Assembly (NCBI GenBank): GCA_004764695.1
Contig: SMSO01000031.1
Location: forward strand, 7,422,761-7,486,760
Direction of reading: 5' to 3'
Origin: Schizochytrium sp. TIO01
Taxonomy: Eukaryota > Protista > Bigyra: Labyrinthulomycetes
DNA: 64,000 nucleotides
Below are positions 61,027 through 64,000 of this stretch, piece by piece. The notes under the pieces were generated by a model. It did no database searches, was not told the DNA's origin, and saw only the letters and a list, made by a program, of their open reading frames with translations. The first letter of the stretch is position 1. Each line of letters begins with the position of its first letter. Position numbers and translations under genes: made by a program.

Positions 61027-64000
61027 ATGGGCGCCACCTCGAAGGATTTTGATCGCGTGAAGGACGAACCAAGTACGAAAGATCTTCCACATTCTGGATT
61101 GTACGAAGGTACCTTACTGAAAAAGCCCACACGGCTGAGTGCATATTTGTCGTGGTCAGGATGGCGCTTGCGCTATGTTCGAGCTGACGACGAGAAGCTT
61201 GAGTACTTTGGACGCAGCGGCGACAGCTCTCCTCGTGGCGTAGCATACTTTGCGCATGACTGTAAAGTTGTCAAGAAAGGAAAATTGGGCGATTCTGGGT
61301 ATTTTGGTTTCGATGTAGTGTACGAGGGCACAACATGGTCCTTCGCCTCGGGCAACGAGAAAGATGTTGAGTTTTGGACCAATGTCCTTGATCATAAAAT
61401 CCGCCGTGCAGTTTTTATGCGTCAAAACGATGCCTCAGAAATCTCTTTCAAGAAAACCAAGTCGAAGCGCAGGGCTGCGGTGAAACCTTTGGCTTCAGAA
61501 AATTTTGCTAGCATTAGTGACAGTGCCAGTGACGGCGACAGTGCTGACGAGGGAGAAGACACCACAAGTGGATTTTCTTCTGAGTTGGATGATGATGGTC
61601 ATTTGGCGGAGTATGGGCGCGCCCCAGAAGGGTTCTACATCGGTAGAGAGCTAAGGTTTGGACCTGACGCAGCTACAGAGTTTGAGGGGTGGAAGCTCAT
61701 GGAGTGCGTCAAGGGCATGCGTATCTTCGAAATGGAAAAGGAGTTTGCGGGAAATAGCGCAACAGATGTTAATGCGCAGATTGATGACTTTGTGGGCCCA
61801 CGCCAAGTGCGTTGCCACGCCGTTGTAATCGGAAACCCAACGCAAGTCTTTGCGATGCTCATGGACGTAAGCCGCTCGCGCCGTGCCTGGGACCCGGCAT
61901 TTGTTTCGGCCACACTTGACAAAATCTTTGATACACACAATGACAGGCTTACATTGCAGTATCAATCCTCTGCCTATATGCAGGTTCGTAAATTTTGCGT
62001 TGACCGATACTGGTGCAGGGAAAACTCAGGAACATATATCATCTCTATGACTGCAGCCCCAGACGGACCTGCGTCTTCGCCTCCAGATAGCGAGCTCACA
62101 TATATGTCTGCGACAATCATGCCTGGACGCGCTGGTACTTCTAAGGTTGTCATGGAGATCTCTGTAAAACTTGGTGGATGGCTTCAATACATGCGCCCAC
62201 TCGCACATGCGCAAGCTGTTAGTATGGTCAGGTGTCTGGGGGAACTTAAAGAACTTGCTGAAGCACCCCCAAGCCTACGGGACCCCGAGGCTCACTCACA
62301 CTGCTTGCCATTCCATTGCGAATTACAGGAAGCTCTCGATACGGCCTTGCAGAAGAACTCAATGCTTTTGCGAAGCCCGATTGCGCTTGTGGCTACCTTG
62401 CGCGAATGTGTGACTTCAATGCGTGATTTGACTGACGACGAGCGTGAACTTGAGCGTGCACGTAAGCTTATGAAGAGCCAGCAAACTAAATCTCACTTAA
62501 GCGAAGCAAGTCGTACAGCCAGCTCGTCCTCTTCGTCTGGTTTGCAGCGAAAACAAAGTGCCGACTTTGATGTGAGTAACCCGGCCGAGACCTCCGTGCC
62601 TTCAAAAGCATCTTCGTCAACTGGTGCTGAAGAAAAGTCCGCTAATTCTGTTTCTAATGTTTCAGAGAAGAAGGAACTTAACTTCGAGTACGGAATGCCT
62701 CGCAACAATTATATCATGCCTATGTCTATTTCTAAGGACGGTGTTTCGGCATGGTGGGATTCGGGTATCGAGGAAGGGTTTTGGAGTGTCCGTGGCCCAA
62801 ACTACCTCGAAGATCGTGTCAAGGTTCCTAACAAAACATCTGCAATGGAACTTGTGCAAATCCAATGGTCATTTTACGATCAGCCTAAACGAAACATTGC
62901 AAAGGACCCGAATGAACTCGTGCAGCTTCAGCACGAAGGACGCAGTGACAGACCCTTCATGCTTGTCATCAATTTTATGGTACCCACGATTGGCAACTAT
63001 GTTATGTACCTTGTCAAGCGACGCACTGTTGATTACCCCCGCTTCAATCGTATGTTGCAAGAGTTTATTAATGGGGATGACACTTTCCGCAACAGCAAGT
63101 TTAAAATTATTCCTAATGTGGTGTCGGGCTCTTACATTGCCAAAAAGGGTATTGGCAGTACACCTGCTATTCTTGGCAAAAAGATTGTGACAGAGTACTA
63201 TAAAGGTGATAATTGGTTTGAGATTTGCGTAGATGTTGGCTCCAGTAAGGTTGCAGGAAGTCTTATGGGTCTAGTCAAAAGTTATGCAGCAAATCTTGTC
63301 ATTGATCTCGCTTTTCTGTTTGAATCACAGAAACCCGAGGAGCTTCCCGAGGTTCTCATCACAGGTTGTCGAATGCACAAACCGCTAATGTACCCCACAG
63401 ATAATTTATCTGCAGAGTACGCGAAGAGCGAGGAGCTTTATCAGAAAGCCATGGAGTTTCCTCCCGAGGCCAAACCGCAGGAGCCTAGTGCGGAGGAAGC
63501 CGTAGTAGAGAACAATTCGTCTGCTGAGTCCTCTGAAAAACCTCCCCCCCTCATCTCCCGAAGGCAATAAAGAAGCTGTTCTAGATGAAGATACGAACCC
63601 TCCAAACAAGGAAACCTCCAAAATAGAAATTGACCCTTCGAAAGCTAGTGAGTCTTCTCCTCCGTCTAAGAAGGACCCAGTTGCCGGGGAGGACAGTGAC
63701 AAGACTTCAAAGGCTGACCATGTACCAACAGAGAGCGCCACACTGGAGGGCACTAATGTTGGCAAGGAAAGTGCTAGCGATGCACCAGCGGTCCTCGCCA
63801 CCGAAGATGATTCAAGCACGGAAGCAGAGAAAGAACAAGAAGAAAAGCCCTCCCTCAACTACAAGTACGCTATTCCGCACGAAAATAATTTTCTCGTGCC
63901 CATGGAGAAGAGCAAGAATGGAGAGACCGCCGTCTCCGATTCTGGTTCTCTGGAGGGCTACCACCGTGTGCGCGGGCCGACATACCTTGACGACGGTGTG
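61027..64000 (+). CDS. EDR2-like lipid-binding protein: PH - START - DUF1336 - linker - second DUF1336 (3'-partial; frameshift at the C-run 63544-63550)
   Basis: PH EGTLLKK...WRLRYV...LEYF...FWTNVL; START WKLMECVKGMRIF...RRAWDPAF; DUF1336 VRGPNYLEDRVKVP...WFEICVDVGSS...ELPEVL. The +1 frame from 63551 stays open to the window end and encodes HRVRGPTYLDDG. Confidence 0.88.

Noticed and set aside
3300-63570. Programmed ribosomal frameshifting as a genome-wide system
   Set aside because: The shifts go in both directions, share no slippery or stop motif, and five of six are in homopolymers, which is the signature of sequencing indels.

Overview
Eukaryotic nuclear DNA that is intron-poor, with microsatellite-rich intergenic regions. 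The gene set and the TTAGG repeats suggest a thraustochytrid/labyrinthulomycete-like stramenopile (inference). Fourteen protein-coding genes are supported: an inner-arm axonemal dynein heavy chain (5'-truncated); a metallo-beta-lactamase/cyclic-nucleotide-binding phosphodiesterase of the Dictyostelium PdeD/PdeE type; a PLP aminotransferase; dynein light chain LC8; an F-box/LRR protein; a large TPR/DnaJ co-chaperone; an AlaX/AARSD1 editing protein; an alpha-kinase; a DUF1336/EDR2-C protein; a ZNF706-like zinc finger; a SAP-like/H15-like/WW protein; a fused urease; cytochrome c1; and a PH-START-DUF1336x2 protein that runs off the 3' end. Several introns were resolved from splice signals. Six frameshifts split three genes, and five of them lie in homopolymers, so they are probably assembly indels. 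No rRNA, tRNA, CRISPR array or intact mobile element is supported. The best leads are the SAP-H15-WW architecture, the doubled DUF1336 protein, the zinc-motif/TPR/J protein with a possible J-less isoform, a recurrent intergenic GTAGGTAC motif, long GTACGT-donor first introns and an interstitial TTAGG tract.
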